Source: Escherichia coli
Lineage (GTDB): Bacteria; Pseudomonadota; Gammaproteobacteria; Enterobacterales; Enterobacteriaceae
Strand: one strand, 5' to 3'
Assembly (NCBI RefSeq): GCF_044324875.1
Contig: NZ_CP172185.1
Length of the DNA: 64,000 bases
Made by a program: the position numbers and the translations under genes. The notes below the pieces were generated by a model, which worked only from the letters and a program-made list of their open reading frames with translations, had not been told where the DNA came from and ran no database searches. Shown piece after piece: positions 49,198 to 61,232 of this stretch. Every line of letters begins with the position of its first letter. Within the stretch, counting starts at the first letter, position 1.

Positions 49198-50064
49198 TTA
49201 TGCCTGGCTGCTTTTGCTTACGATGTCCGCCCGGAATTCTGGATAACGTTTCGCCAGAACAGCATTCAGCTTCTCCACCAGTTCCGGGTGTTTAAACGTG
49301 ATATGCGCGGAGCCCTTCCTGAAGTATCTGATGCTGAACATCTCATCCTCATAGCACGCTTCACCCTGAACAGAACGGATGTGTTCATCCAGACGAATGA
49401 GGATATTGTCCCTGCAATCGGGTATGGGTTTACCACTGAACAGATACAGTATCCTTTCCAGGTCGGCAAGCCGCACGGCCTGCGGACCATGGTTCAGACC
49501 AAATCCCCACCAGTCCCATTTCACCAGGTTGTTGAGGATAATCTTGCTGCCGAATTTACAGGGTGACCCGCTGTTTTGCGTCCGGCTCAGCCCCCTGAAG
49601 AGGTTGATGACGCCCCGTTCAGCCATTTCATCCCTGTTACGGTGCAGTTGTTCAGACGTGCTCAGGATATTCGCTTCGCTGATTTCCGGGAAATTATCCT
49701 CCTCCAGTGAACGGTACCATTCATCACGCGCCTGTGCATCCATCAGACTCAGCATCCCGGAGCGTTGCATCAGGTCACGCCAGATTTCCCGGTCAAGATT
49801 CCGGGTGATGGCTTTCATTGCGGTTTCCGGTTTTTCCATCAGCCAGCAGCCACAGCGAAAATCCTGTTTCACGGCCCAGTCCCGGGCCGTTTTACCTCCG
49901 ATGCTTTCTGTCATTACTGAGATTTCTGCCAGTTGCCGGATAAGCCTTTCGGTTTGTTGCAGTGCTTCATTCCGTACCGTCACAACGTGCCGGATACTGG
50001 TTGAGCAGATAACGTCCGTATGTCCGTTAAGCGTTTCCGGACGGGAGACTGTGATATCAGACAT
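49198..50064 (-). CDS. Hypothetical protein (about 288 aa) upstream of parDE
   Basis: Start taken at MSDITVSRPE…; the longer ORF-track start lies inside the IS2 terminal repeat. No assignable motif. Confidence 0.5.
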   Translation of the reverse strand: MSDITVSRPETLNGHTDVICSTSIRHVVTVRNEALQQTERLIRQLAEISVMTESIGGKTARDWAVKQDFRCGCWLMEKPETAMKAITRNLDREIWRDLMQRSGMLSLMDAQARDEWYRSLEEDNFPEISEANILSTSEQLHRNRDEMAERGVINLFRGLSRTQNSGSPCKFGSKIILNNLVKWDWWGFGLNHGPQAVRLADLERILYLFSGKPIPDCRDNILIRLDEHIRSVQGEACYEDEMFSIRYFRKGSAHITFKHPELVEKLNAVLAKRYPEFRADIVSKSSQA

Positions 50065-50160
50065 AACCGATATTCCTTTTTGCAGATAAATGAAAACGCC
50101 AGCCCTGTTCAGGCTAGACTGGCCCCCTGAATCTCCAGACAACCAGTATCACTTAAATAA

Positions 50161-50571
50161 GTGATAGTCTTAATACTAGTTTTTAGACTAGTCATTGGAG
50201 AACAGATGATTGATGTCTTAGGGCCGGAGAAACGCAGACGGCGTACCACACAGGAAAAGATCGCAATTGTTCAGCAGAGCTTTGAACCGGGGATGACGGT
50301 CTCCCTCGTTGCCCGGCAACATGGTGTAGCAGCCAGCCAGTTATTTCTCTGGCGTAAGCAATACCAGGAAGGAAGTCTTACTGCTGTCGCCGCCGGAGAA
50401 CAGGTTGTTCCTGCCTCTGAACTTGCTGCCGCCATGAAGCAGATTAAAGAACTCCAGCGCCTGCTCGGCAAGAAAACGATGGAAAATGAACTCCTCAAAG
50501 AAGCCGTTGAATATGGACGGGCAAAAAAGTGGATAGCGCACGCGCCCTTATTGCCCGGGGATGGGGAGTAA
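50161..50571 (+). CDS. insC: IS2 InsC
   Basis: 136 aa, identical in length and nearly identical in sequence to copy 1. Confidence 0.9.
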
Positions 50572-51434
50572 GCTTAGTCAGCCGTTGTCTCCGGGTGTCG
50601 CGTGCGCAGTTGCACGTCATTCTCAGACGAACCGATGACTGGATGGATGGCCGCCGCAGTCGTCACACTGATGATACGGATGTGCTTCTCCGTATACACC
50701 ATGTTATCGGAGAGCTGCCAACGTATGGTTATCGTCGGGTATGGGCGCTGCTTCGCAGACAGGCAGAACTTGATGGTATGCCTGCGATCAATGCCAAACG
50801 TGTTTACCGGATCATGCGCCAGAATGCGCTGTTGCTTGAGCGAAAACCTGCTGTACCGCCATCGAAACGGGCACATACAGGCAGAGTGGCCGTGAAAGAA
50901 AGCAATCAGCGATGGTGCTCTGACGGGTTCGAGTTCTGCTGTGATAACGGAGAGAGACTGCGTGTCACGTTCGCGCTGGACTGCTGTGATCGTGAGGCAC
51001 TGCACTGGGCGGTCACTACCGGCGGCTTCAACAGTGAAACAGTACAGGACGTAATGCCAGGAGCGGTGGAACGCCGCTTCGGCAACGATCTTCCGTCGTC
51101 TCCAGTGGAGTGGCTGACGGATAATGGTTCATGCTACCGGGCTAATGAAACACGCCAGTTCGCCCGGATGTTGGGACTTGAACCGAAGAACACGGCGGTG
51201 CGGAGTCCGGAGAGTAACGGAATAGCAGAGAGCTTCGTGAAAACGATAAAGCGTGACTACATCAGTATCATGCCCAAACCAGACGGGTTAACGGCAGCAA
51301 AGAACCTTGCAGAGGCGTTCGAGCATTATAACGAATGGCATCCGCATAGTGCGCTGGGTTATCGCTCGCCACGGGAATATCTGCGGCAGCGGGCTTGTAA
51401 TGGGTTAAGTGATAACAGATGTCTGGAAATATAG
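50529..51434 (+). CDS. insD: IS2 InsD
   Basis: 301 aa DDE transposase. Confidence 0.9.
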
Positions 51435-51496
51435 GGGCAAATCCACAGGCTGGCGTCAGGTTAATGAATCGTGGTGAGTGAGATGATGAGTGAAAC

Positions 51497-51742
51497 TCAC
51501 CGTTTCTGGTGCTGAAGCTTCCGCTTCAGCTGGCGCAGGGTGCGGATATCCGCTCTGGCCTGTTCAATAACGGGCAACAGTGCTGCCGAATCCGTTTTAT
51601 CCTCATCGTTGTCGAAGATAATGCCGGAGCCGCAGTCGATATTGTCCTGCAGCCACGCAATCAGAATATCCGGTGCCGTTTCCGTGGTTAATGATTTCAT
51701 ACTGTCGGTTACCAGTCGAAAGTGGGTAAACCCGGCAGACAT
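51497..51742 (-). CDS. Small hypothetical protein (YeeW-like position)
   Basis: 67-81 aa depending on start; acidic, …DNDEDKTDSAALLPVIEQARADIRTLRQLKRKL…. Confidence 0.35.
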   Translation of the reverse strand: MSAGFTHFRLVTDSMKSLTTETAPDILIAWLQDNIDCGSGIIFDNDEDKTDSAALLPVIEQARADIRTLRQLKRKLQHQKR

Positions 51743-52197
51743 TCAGCGCCGGCATCCAGATGGATGAGACTGACGCCATAACGCCGGATGAGTGTGACAA
51801 CCAGACGACGAAACGTTTTTGACAGACCCAGGCGTTTAAGCCGCAGAGCCGGGTACGACCACGCATCGGTACGTAACAGATATCCGCTGCCTGTAAAATG
51901 AATCCATTCTGATTCGCCGGTGTCATTCGTCTGATGCGACAGCGAGTACAGCCAGGCATTGTCCTGTTCCGTGATATGTGCGGTACTGCAGCGTATGCCG
52001 GTAAGGGCCGCAAATGGTGGCATGCAGTCTGCTGAGGTCCGGTCAGATTCATCAACAACACGAAGGGAACAGCCGTTATCGCAGACCACGTTAATCAGTT
52101 CAGCGAGATTAACACCATCGACGTCAGCGACAATGCGCCCCATGTTCAGTGCCTGCACGTTAACGCTGTCGGCTTCCAGTGTCAGGGACAGTTTCAT
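51709..52197 (-). CDS. Hypothetical protein (162 aa) immediately downstream of cbtA
   Basis: Start overlaps the cbtA stop (ATGA). Confidence 0.4.
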   Translation of the reverse strand: MKLSLTLEADSVNVQALNMGRIVADVDGVNLAELINVVCDNGCSLRVVDESDRTSADCMPPFAALTGIRCSTAHITEQDNAWLYSLSHQTNDTGESEWIHFTGSGYLLRTDAWSYPALRLKRLGLSKTFRRLVVTLIRRYGVSLIHLDAGAECLPGLPTFDW

Positions 52198-52325
52198 GGT
52201 TTCACCTCACAGTGTTTACCCAGGGTGATGTTGTTCACCATTCGGTAGTGGCTGCGGGTCATCAGCCCGGTTGCCCGGCGGGCCCGGAGAATATCAATGC
52301 TGCTGATTAACTGAGAACGGGTACT
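52194..52325 (-). pseudogene. cbtA: cbtA-like toxin gene, 3' portion (separated from 5' portion by IS100)
   Basis: …TRSQLISSIDILRARRATGLMTRSHYRMVNNITLGKH… continues the CbtA frame once IS100 and one copy of the duplication are removed. Confidence 0.7.
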
Positions 52326-52327
52326 GG

Positions 52328-54954
<2,627 letters not shown>

Positions 54955-54991
54955 GATAAATCCTCTGTGAAAGTGGGTTGAGGTGATGAGG

Positions 54992-55648
54992 TCAGCTGAA
55001 ATGATGTCCGGCTGCGGTGAAGGTGTATCCGTTGATGAGAAGCGCCTCATCCACGGCGTCGTCTGAGGTCAGCCAGTCGTACTCGTTTTCCAGTTGACTG
55101 TATAACCAGAAGGCCAGGTCCCGCAGGGCGTCACAGACAACGGTTTCTGCATCGGCTGTCATTGCCTGTCCGGTCGGACTGTTCCGGGTAACAGTGATAT
55201 CCATGCTGTACGGATGGCAGTAGTGTCCCCGGTGACTGATTTCAGCCTGTAACTGCCGGAAGTTACGTTTCTGCACCGCCTGCAGGGCATCCGCGATACG
55301 ATGAAGTTCATGGTCCTGCGGGGCATATTCCCGGATTTTCCTGGCTGTTGCCGGCTGCCAGTGCCAGCGTCCTTCAAAACAGGCTCCGTCCCCCTGGCTG
55401 CAGAATCCGCTGAACCAGATACACGGCTCTTCCATAAACCTGCCGCTGCTGAGCCGGATAACTCGCTGGCGGAGGACAATCCCGACAATCTCACAGACCG
55501 CCCTGAAGTCTTCATACACGTTTTCATACCAGCTGCTGTCAGCATGATGCTGACGGTACCAGTCACGGGCTTTTTCCCGTGCTGTGGCGGAAAGTTCATC
55601 CGGCGTATACACGGTGGTGGTGATAATTCTGCTCATCCGCATCTCCAC
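54992..55648 (-). CDS. Hypothetical protein (218 aa) between the DUF987 gene and cbeA
   Basis: Cys/His/Trp-rich (…CIWFSGFCSQGDGACFEGRWHW…, …HRGHYCHPY…); not part of the module as I recall it from E. coli K-12. Confidence 0.5.
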   Translation of the reverse strand: MEMRMSRIITTTVYTPDELSATAREKARDWYRQHHADSSWYENVYEDFRAVCEIVGIVLRQRVIRLSSGRFMEEPCIWFSGFCSQGDGACFEGRWHWQPATARKIREYAPQDHELHRIADALQAVQKRNFRQLQAEISHRGHYCHPYSMDITVTRNSPTGQAMTADAETVVCDALRDLAFWLYSQLENEYDWLTSDDAVDEALLINGYTFTAAGHHFS

Positions 55649-55652
55649 TGAC

Positions 55653-55889
55653 TCAGTTCAGGGTGACGCTCATCAGCCGGACATACGGGCCAAAACTGTC
55701 CTTGCGGCGTTCGGCAAACACGGCCAGTACGCCGGGGATATCCTGTACTTCACGACCGGTATACGCCTCAGTGCCGCCGTGCCAGCGGTACTTACCGGTG
55801 CAGAACGGAAAAAGACGGGATGACGGATACTGACGGTGAACGCGCATGGCTTCACCACGGGTGACGATTTTCATAGTGTGATACCTCAT
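55653..55889 (-). CDS. DUF987 (YeeT-like) protein
   Basis: …MKIVTRGEAMRVHRQYPSSRLFPFCTGKYRWHGGTEAYTGREVQDIPGVLAVFAERRKD…. Confidence 0.7.
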   Translation of the reverse strand: MRYHTMKIVTRGEAMRVHRQYPSSRLFPFCTGKYRWHGGTEAYTGREVQDIPGVLAVFAERRKDSFGPYVRLMSVTLN

Positions 55890-55958
55890 GAGGATGAGAG
55901 AGAGTAAAGGGCCGGATGACGATGACAGATATGTGGTTTGCTGTGATTTGTCGCAGAA

Positions 55959-56477
55959 TTAAAGCAGGCCGTGTTCGGCAAAGGAGAACACCCGGCTGCC
56001 ACCGACTATCAGATGGTCCGGTACCCGGATATCCACCAGGGCCAGTGCCTGTACCAGCCGTTCCGTGATAAGCCGGTCAGCCTTACCGGGTGTGACTTCA
56101 CCGGACGGATGATTGTGCGCCAGCACCACGGCAGCGGCATTGTGGTACAGGGCGCGTTTAACCACCTCCCGGGGATGGACTTCCGTGCGGTTGATGGTGC
56201 CGGTGAAGAGGGTTTCACCGGCAATCAGCTGATTCTGGTTGTTCAGGTACAGCACCCGGAACTCTTCCCGCTCCAGTCCTGCCATGTGCAGAATCAGCCA
56301 TTCCCGTGCCGCATGCGTGGAGGTGAAGGCCACACCGGGTTCATGAAGATGGCGGTCCAGGGTTTTCAGGGCACGCTGAATGAGACTGCGCTCGCCGGGC
56401 GTCATCGCGCCGGGCAGAAAGGAAATCTGTTGCATAACCTCACCCCTCAGTCGATGATGCGAATAATGGCGCTGCAT
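55959..56477 (-). CDS. RadC-like JAB-domain protein (YeeS/YfjY-like)
   Basis: …VVLAHNHPSGEVTPGKADRLITERL… (JAMM metalloprotease-like HxHPSG motif). Confidence 0.8.
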   Translation of the reverse strand: MQRHYSHHRLRGEVMQQISFLPGAMTPGERSLIQRALKTLDRHLHEPGVAFTSTHAAREWLILHMAGLEREEFRVLYLNNQNQLIAGETLFTGTINRTEVHPREVVKRALYHNAAAVVLAHNHPSGEVTPGKADRLITERLVQALALVDIRVPDHLIVGGSRVFSFAEHGLL

Positions 56478-56920
56478 TCCGGATGCTGCAGGGCGTAATC
56501 CCGCAGCCGGTAATAATGGACCGTCATGGCATAATGCTCCGTACTGCAGGCGTGATGACTGTAGGCCATCAGACAGGCGGCAATGCCGGCGGCTTCCGGG
56601 CTCATTTCCGCGCGGTTACCGTTCATGGCGTTAAACAGCACCCATTTTTCGTCATCATCGTCACCCGGTTCGGGAGCCATAAATGCGCCGCCGTTGTTCA
56701 GGGTGTACATATTCCAGATACCCCCACTGTAGTCTTCACACAGACGGTCCATCCAGCCGAAGACACGGGGCTCCAGGGTCACCCACTGCGGAATGAGGCC
56801 AAAATGCTGCGGCCAGAAGCTGATGCGCTGTTCGTCAGGCACCGTGGTGGCAACCAGCTGAGGTGTATTATTCCCGGATGCAGTGGCTGCGGAAACAGAG
56901 TCATGCGAAACCGTTTTCAT
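56447..56920 (-). CDS. Antirestriction protein (ArdB/KlcA-like)
   Basis: 157 aa; acidic, …NMYTLNNGGAFMAPEPGDDDDEKWVLFNAMNGNRAEMSPEAAGIAACLMAYSH…. Confidence 0.75.
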   Translation of the reverse strand: MKTVSHDSVSAATASGNNTPQLVATTVPDEQRISFWPQHFGLIPQWVTLEPRVFGWMDRLCEDYSGGIWNMYTLNNGGAFMAPEPGDDDDEKWVLFNAMNGNRAEMSPEAAGIAACLMAYSHHACSTEHYAMTVHYYRLRDYALQHPECSAIIRIID

Positions 56921-56933
56921 AAGTGAAATCCTT

Positions 56934-56973
56934 AAGTGAATAAGTGAATAAGTGAATAAGTGAATAAGTGAAT
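56934..56973. repeat. Octanucleotide tandem repeat (AAGTGAAT)x5 in the 5' leader of the antirestriction gene
   Basis: Five perfect 8-bp units at 56934-56973; the start codon is at 56918-56920 with AGGA between repeat and ATG on the minus strand. Confidence 0.9.
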
Positions 56974-57013
56974 AGATAAGAGAGAAAAGGCTGCGCCTCT
57001 CAGGCAGAAGGCA

Positions 57014-57832
57014 TCAGCGCATACTCACCAGCAGCGTTTCCGCCATCACCCACAATGCACGATTGAGCTTAATGTCGGTGTCGATACTGTGAATGGCCCG
57101 GGTGTGGATACGTTTTCCTTTTGCGCTGCGTCCCTGAAGACCGCCTTTGAGCATATTCTCCTGGATGGTCTGATAAGCACTCCACAGGTCCCTGCCGTAA
57201 TCCTCCCGGCGTCGTGGTGTCAGAATGTCGGCGGTGGTGACGGGCTGATGTTCGTCACCATAACGGTAAGTCAGTGCCGCCTGTGCCAGCGCCTGACGAG
57301 CCGGTGGTGGTAAAATCAGCGACTGCATGGCATCACGCTTCTCCTCAATCCGGTCAAACACGCCCACAACCTCGTAAGCCCCTTCGATGACCCTGTCCAC
57401 CACGTTTCCCCGGTGCGGGACACGCACCTCTCCGAGAGACTGACCACAGACACATCCGTTCTGACACACGAACCGGAAGTAACCCGGCAGCATCTGGTAG
57501 CTGGAGGTACCGTCATGGGAGTTCAGCAGGATGATTTCAGGAACGTGCTGTCCGTTTATCTCCCCGTCACGGCGCAGACGCAGCATGTGCTTTGTGTATC
57601 CCCGGCGTCCCGGGTCACGCACGCGGGTCTGGCAGGCAAAGAACGGCTGAAAGCCTTCCCGCTGCAGGCTTTCCAGTACGGTGATGGTGGGGATGTATGT
57701 ATAGTTCCGGCTCCGGGAGGTGTGCTTATCTTCCCCGAAAATCCCGGGCACATGGTGCATCAGCTCTTCACGGGTCAGCGGACGGTCACGGCGTATCTGG
57801 TTCGCATAACCGAAACGACTGGCTAATCGCAT
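57014..57832 (-). CDS. DUF932 (YfjQ-like) protein
   Basis: 272 aa; conserved island-module neighbour of the GTPase gene. Confidence 0.65.
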   Translation of the reverse strand: MRLASRFGYANQIRRDRPLTREELMHHVPGIFGEDKHTSRSRNYTYIPTITVLESLQREGFQPFFACQTRVRDPGRRGYTKHMLRLRRDGEINGQHVPEIILLNSHDGTSSYQMLPGYFRFVCQNGCVCGQSLGEVRVPHRGNVVDRVIEGAYEVVGVFDRIEEKRDAMQSLILPPPARQALAQAALTYRYGDEHQPVTTADILTPRRREDYGRDLWSAYQTIQENMLKGGLQGRSAKGKRIHTRAIHSIDTDIKLNRALWVMAETLLVSMR

Positions 57833-58016
57833 ACTTTGCTCCTTATCGGTGGTTAATATTTACTGATGTAATAAATGAAAAAGCCGCGTCTCCCGGGGAA
57901 GACGCGCCTGATGGATGAAATGAATGAGGGTTTACCGAAGTCCTTCAGCATTGAGGTGAAGCAGCCGGAAAGGTGTTACCTGGTCATCGACGGGTCAGGT
58001 CAAAAAGCGGGGACAT

Positions 58017-58901
58017 TCAGAACAGGCGATCCCACAGTGTGACCAGCAGGCGGATAATGCGATCACGGGCTTTGCGCAGAAGCTGCAGCATCCATGCCGG
58101 AAAGCTGAACCGGGCAATGGCCGCGTCAAAGCTCTGGCCGATGGCGTCACCAAAAGCCTGCTGTGCGTGTTGCTGATCCTGCGCAGTGCGCTTTTCATTC
58201 CGGATATGCGAATAAACCGCGCTGGTTGCCTGTGGTGGCAGGGCGTGGATCATCAGAGACACAAATGCCGGAAGATTCCAGCCGGCAGGAGCGGCTATGG
58301 GGAGTACCGGAAATGATGAAGGGAACAGGGTTGCCACCCGGGCTGTCACCGTCGCCAGTGAGAGTTCCTGCTGACGGGATGGCGTGCTGCTCTGGTTGTT
58401 CCATTCTTCAGCCGGGTGGATGCGATCGGCATGGCTGAGAACAAACAGAAAACGCGAGGGATCGGCACCTTCATTCAGTAAAAACTGATGCATGGCAATA
58501 TCGGCAGCATACGCACGTTCATCAGCCCGCAGGATCCAGATAATCAGATCCAGTTCGGGTAGTAACTGACGGTAAAGTGCCCGGTATTCCTGATCATGCT
58601 GTGGTGTTTCGCCAGTGCCGGGCAGATCGACGAGCGTCATTCTGCGTTCACCGGGCTGAAAGGTAAGACGATGAGCCTGACGGGTGCAGCCGTTCAGCGG
58701 ATGCGTGGCGCAGACACGGGACTGAAAAATGGCATTGCACAGGCTGCTTTTTCCGGCACCGGATTTACCCATAATGCCAATAACGGGTTCGTAATGAATG
58801 ACGCTGTGAAGATGTTCAAGGATTTTCTGGCGTATTTCTTCAGGAAGAAAGGTCAGATGTGACTTTACGTGTGCGGAAAGGGAAGAATGGCTGAATGACA
58901 T
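58017..58901 (-). CDS. YeeP/YfjP-family GTPase
   Basis: G1 motif GIMGKSGAGKSSLCNAIF, G3 …DLPGTGE…; typical first conserved gene of CP4-like modules. Confidence 0.85.
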   Translation of the reverse strand: MSFSHSSLSAHVKSHLTFLPEEIRQKILEHLHSVIHYEPVIGIMGKSGAGKSSLCNAIFQSRVCATHPLNGCTRQAHRLTFQPGERRMTLVDLPGTGETPQHDQEYRALYRQLLPELDLIIWILRADERAYAADIAMHQFLLNEGADPSRFLFVLSHADRIHPAEEWNNQSSTPSRQQELSLATVTARVATLFPSSFPVLPIAAPAGWNLPAFVSLMIHALPPQATSAVYSHIRNEKRTAQDQQHAQQAFGDAIGQSFDAAIARFSFPAWMLQLLRKARDRIIRLLVTLWDRLF

Positions 58902-59006
58902 ACCGGTATCCTGTTGATTTCACTGAACCGGATCACATTAATCCGGTCTCTCAGTCAGGTAATATGGACGTGAAAAAATCTGGAGTGATAAAGTGTGGGA
59001 GGTGAG

Positions 59007-59960
59007 ATGACGGCACAACAAAGTGATGCGCTGCGTGAGATTGCTAATAAAGCCAGAGTTACCACCATTCTTCAGAGTAAGGTCTGGAAAGATACCCAGC
59101 GAATACTGAAGCGCAGCGGACTCGTGTACGGAAAACGGTCAGAGCCGTTTGATCCGGAGAAACATTTTGACCTTCAAACGGTGCGTTATCTGTATCAGCT
59201 TAACATGATGGCACTTGAGTTAAGGGAAGACACACAGATTGAGGTTGAGGTGGGCCACTGGCATCGCATGACAGGTCAATGTTTATCAATTCGTGTCCCG
59301 CCTTTTATGCTGATCCCGCGTCATATCCGGAGAAAAGTGGATGGATTCAGACAATCAGAAGGTAAAACAACAAAAAAACCGACTCAACCGTTCACGGGCA
59401 GTTTGTATAAGATTTTGCTCAGGGATATTGACCCGGATAAGCTGGATGCATGGTTTGCTGAACCGCCGATGACATGGCAGGAAGTGCTGGAGGGGAGGCG
59501 TGTCACTGATTTTAATCCATGGGCTCTGTCTTCGCCTATTTGCCGTTCAGCATCCCCGACGTTTGAACTTTTTTACCAGGAATATAAGCGACTGGGATTA
59601 AAATCTCTTTTTGTATCAGGGGTAATGTTTGAACAATTTTTAACAAAACTGAATGTCAGAAAACATGAGTACGGGGTTGAATCGCAGTTACTGGAATCAC
59701 TGGGAAATGTGATGTTTTTCATGTTGCTTTATGACATTGAAAATATGGCAAGGTTTACAGAAGCACTTATGAACATTAATGAGCAAAGTGGACATTCGAA
59801 GGGAAAAGGGAAAACGCGAACAGAGATAATGCTGGAATATATCAATTCATATATCCTCGATGTTCATGAAAACTTCCTTTGTTCTTCAAAAGAAAGGTAC
59901 GAACAGCATAAACGCAAAAACAGCAGTAAAAAGAAAAACGGTTCTGGTGGAACGCATTAA
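59007..59960 (+). CDS. Hypothetical protein (about 317 aa), low GC
   Basis: Start at MTAQQSDALREIANKARV…; Lys-rich C-terminal tail; no recognizable motif. Confidence 0.5.
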   Translation: MTAQQSDALREIANKARVTTILQSKVWKDTQRILKRSGLVYGKRSEPFDPEKHFDLQTVRYLYQLNMMALELREDTQIEVEVGHWHRMTGQCLSIRVPPFMLIPRHIRRKVDGFRQSEGKTTKKPTQPFTGSLYKILLRDIDPDKLDAWFAEPPMTWQEVLEGRRVTDFNPWALSSPICRSASPTFELFYQEYKRLGLKSLFVSGVMFEQFLTKLNVRKHEYGVESQLLESLGNVMFFMLLYDIENMARFTEALMNINEQSGHSKGKGKTRTEIMLEYINSYILDVHENFLCSSKERYEQHKRKNSSKKKNGSGGTH

Positions 59961-60904
59961 CGGGAATAATCCCCGGTTGTTTTCTGCATAAACAGACGAT
60001 CAGCTGATAAGATGAGTTTATCCAGTATTTCAGCCTGAGTAAGATTATTCTTTTTTGCCATTTTCCGGAGTATATTCCTGGCTTCCGGAGAAATCAGGGC
60101 ACTTATCTGTACCCGGCGATCCACTTTTTCATGCCGGAACATTTTCTGATAAGAATTTTTCATGCGTCTGATTAAATCATTCTGACGCTGAACAAGATCT
60201 TTCAGATGCTGGTGTTCAATAGTGGAAGGAAGTATATTAAAAAATACACAACGGACAGAAACTATTACGGCGAGACGGGCTTCTCTGTCGTTACAAGTTT
60301 TAAAATTCGGAAGAACAGGACAGTAATGAATGTTTCCAGAATTATGCATGCACAAATCAGAATCATGCCTGGACAAATATTCCCATGCCCATTTAATATG
60401 AATCCTTTGATGATCAAGCCATTTCATGGGATTCACTTTTTCAGCATACGACCATAAAAAACGAAGAGTAGACAAGAATTCCGAGACGGTTAGTGCGTCG
60501 ACAATTTTTCTGTACTCCTGGAGCCATTTATTTATCATAATAATCCGGGATTTATCATCACCAGGTAAAGAGTAATAACCAAACAACCTGGTATACAGGT
60601 TACTCTCGTTTTGAGACTGCTCCCAGGACAATGGAACTCGTGTGAAGTTGTCAGGAACATGAAATATAAACCACCATACCCAGAACGTGGCTACACGGTT
60701 GGTTTTTATCCAGTCCGGAACTGCTTCACTTTCTGAATTATCGGTCTCAACAACTCCTGATGTATTATCCGGATAATGCTCAGCCCCAAAAAAACCATCA
60801 ACAGGGTTATCTGGTGAATACACAGACATTAACTCCATGGGTATAAATGTATAGCCATCTAAAGAATCAAATCCTCTCTTACTTTCAACTCCTCTGTAAG
60901 TCAA
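59957..60904 (-). CDS. Hypothetical protein (about 293-315 aa), low GC, with C-terminal RHH/HTH-like segment
   Basis: C-terminus …ISPEARNILRKMAKKNNLTQAEILDKLILSADRLF…; Trp-rich central region; 3' end overlaps the convergent neighbour by 4 nt. Confidence 0.5.
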   Translation of the reverse strand: MTYRGVESKRGFDSLDGYTFIPMELMSVYSPDNPVDGFFGAEHYPDNTSGVVETDNSESEAVPDWIKTNRVATFWVWWFIFHVPDNFTRVPLSWEQSQNESNLYTRLFGYYSLPGDDKSRIIMINKWLQEYRKIVDALTVSEFLSTLRFLWSYAEKVNPMKWLDHQRIHIKWAWEYLSRHDSDLCMHNSGNIHYCPVLPNFKTCNDREARLAVIVSVRCVFFNILPSTIEHQHLKDLVQRQNDLIRRMKNSYQKMFRHEKVDRRVQISALISPEARNILRKMAKKNNLTQAEILDKLILSADRLFMQKTTGDYSR

Positions 60905-61232
60905 TTCTATCTGAATTCTCTTTTAACGACACATCAGAAAAAATGCAACACCCACATTGGTGATTTTCATTTGCTTACAAAACCATACTTTAAATTACAA
61001 ACAAATAATACACACACCTCGGATAAAATCACGTCGAAATTTAATTATTTTAAATAAATAATGCATTAAAAATATCCATAAATTATCCAGCTGAATATTT
61101 TTTATATGAAAAACATGCTGTCGTTCGTTGTCTTGCGTATTCCGCTCTATTCGATCACGGATTGGCATCGAAGTCCGATCAGCGATTCGCATCCATTCGA
61201 TCAACCGGGAACTTAACTTTTTCTACCGCTTT

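Larger units (their letters stand above)
50115..51444 (+). mobile_element. IS2, copy 2 (with 5-bp target-site duplication CAGGC)
   Basis: Termini TAGACTGGCCCCCTGAATCTCC… and …GGGGCAAATCCA; CAGGC at 50110-50114 and 51445-51449. Confidence 0.9.

Noticed and set aside
56934-56973. Possible CRISPR array (short direct repeats)
   Set aside because: The unit is only 8 bp with no spacers; no CRISPR-like repeat-spacer architecture or cas genes occur anywhere in the window.
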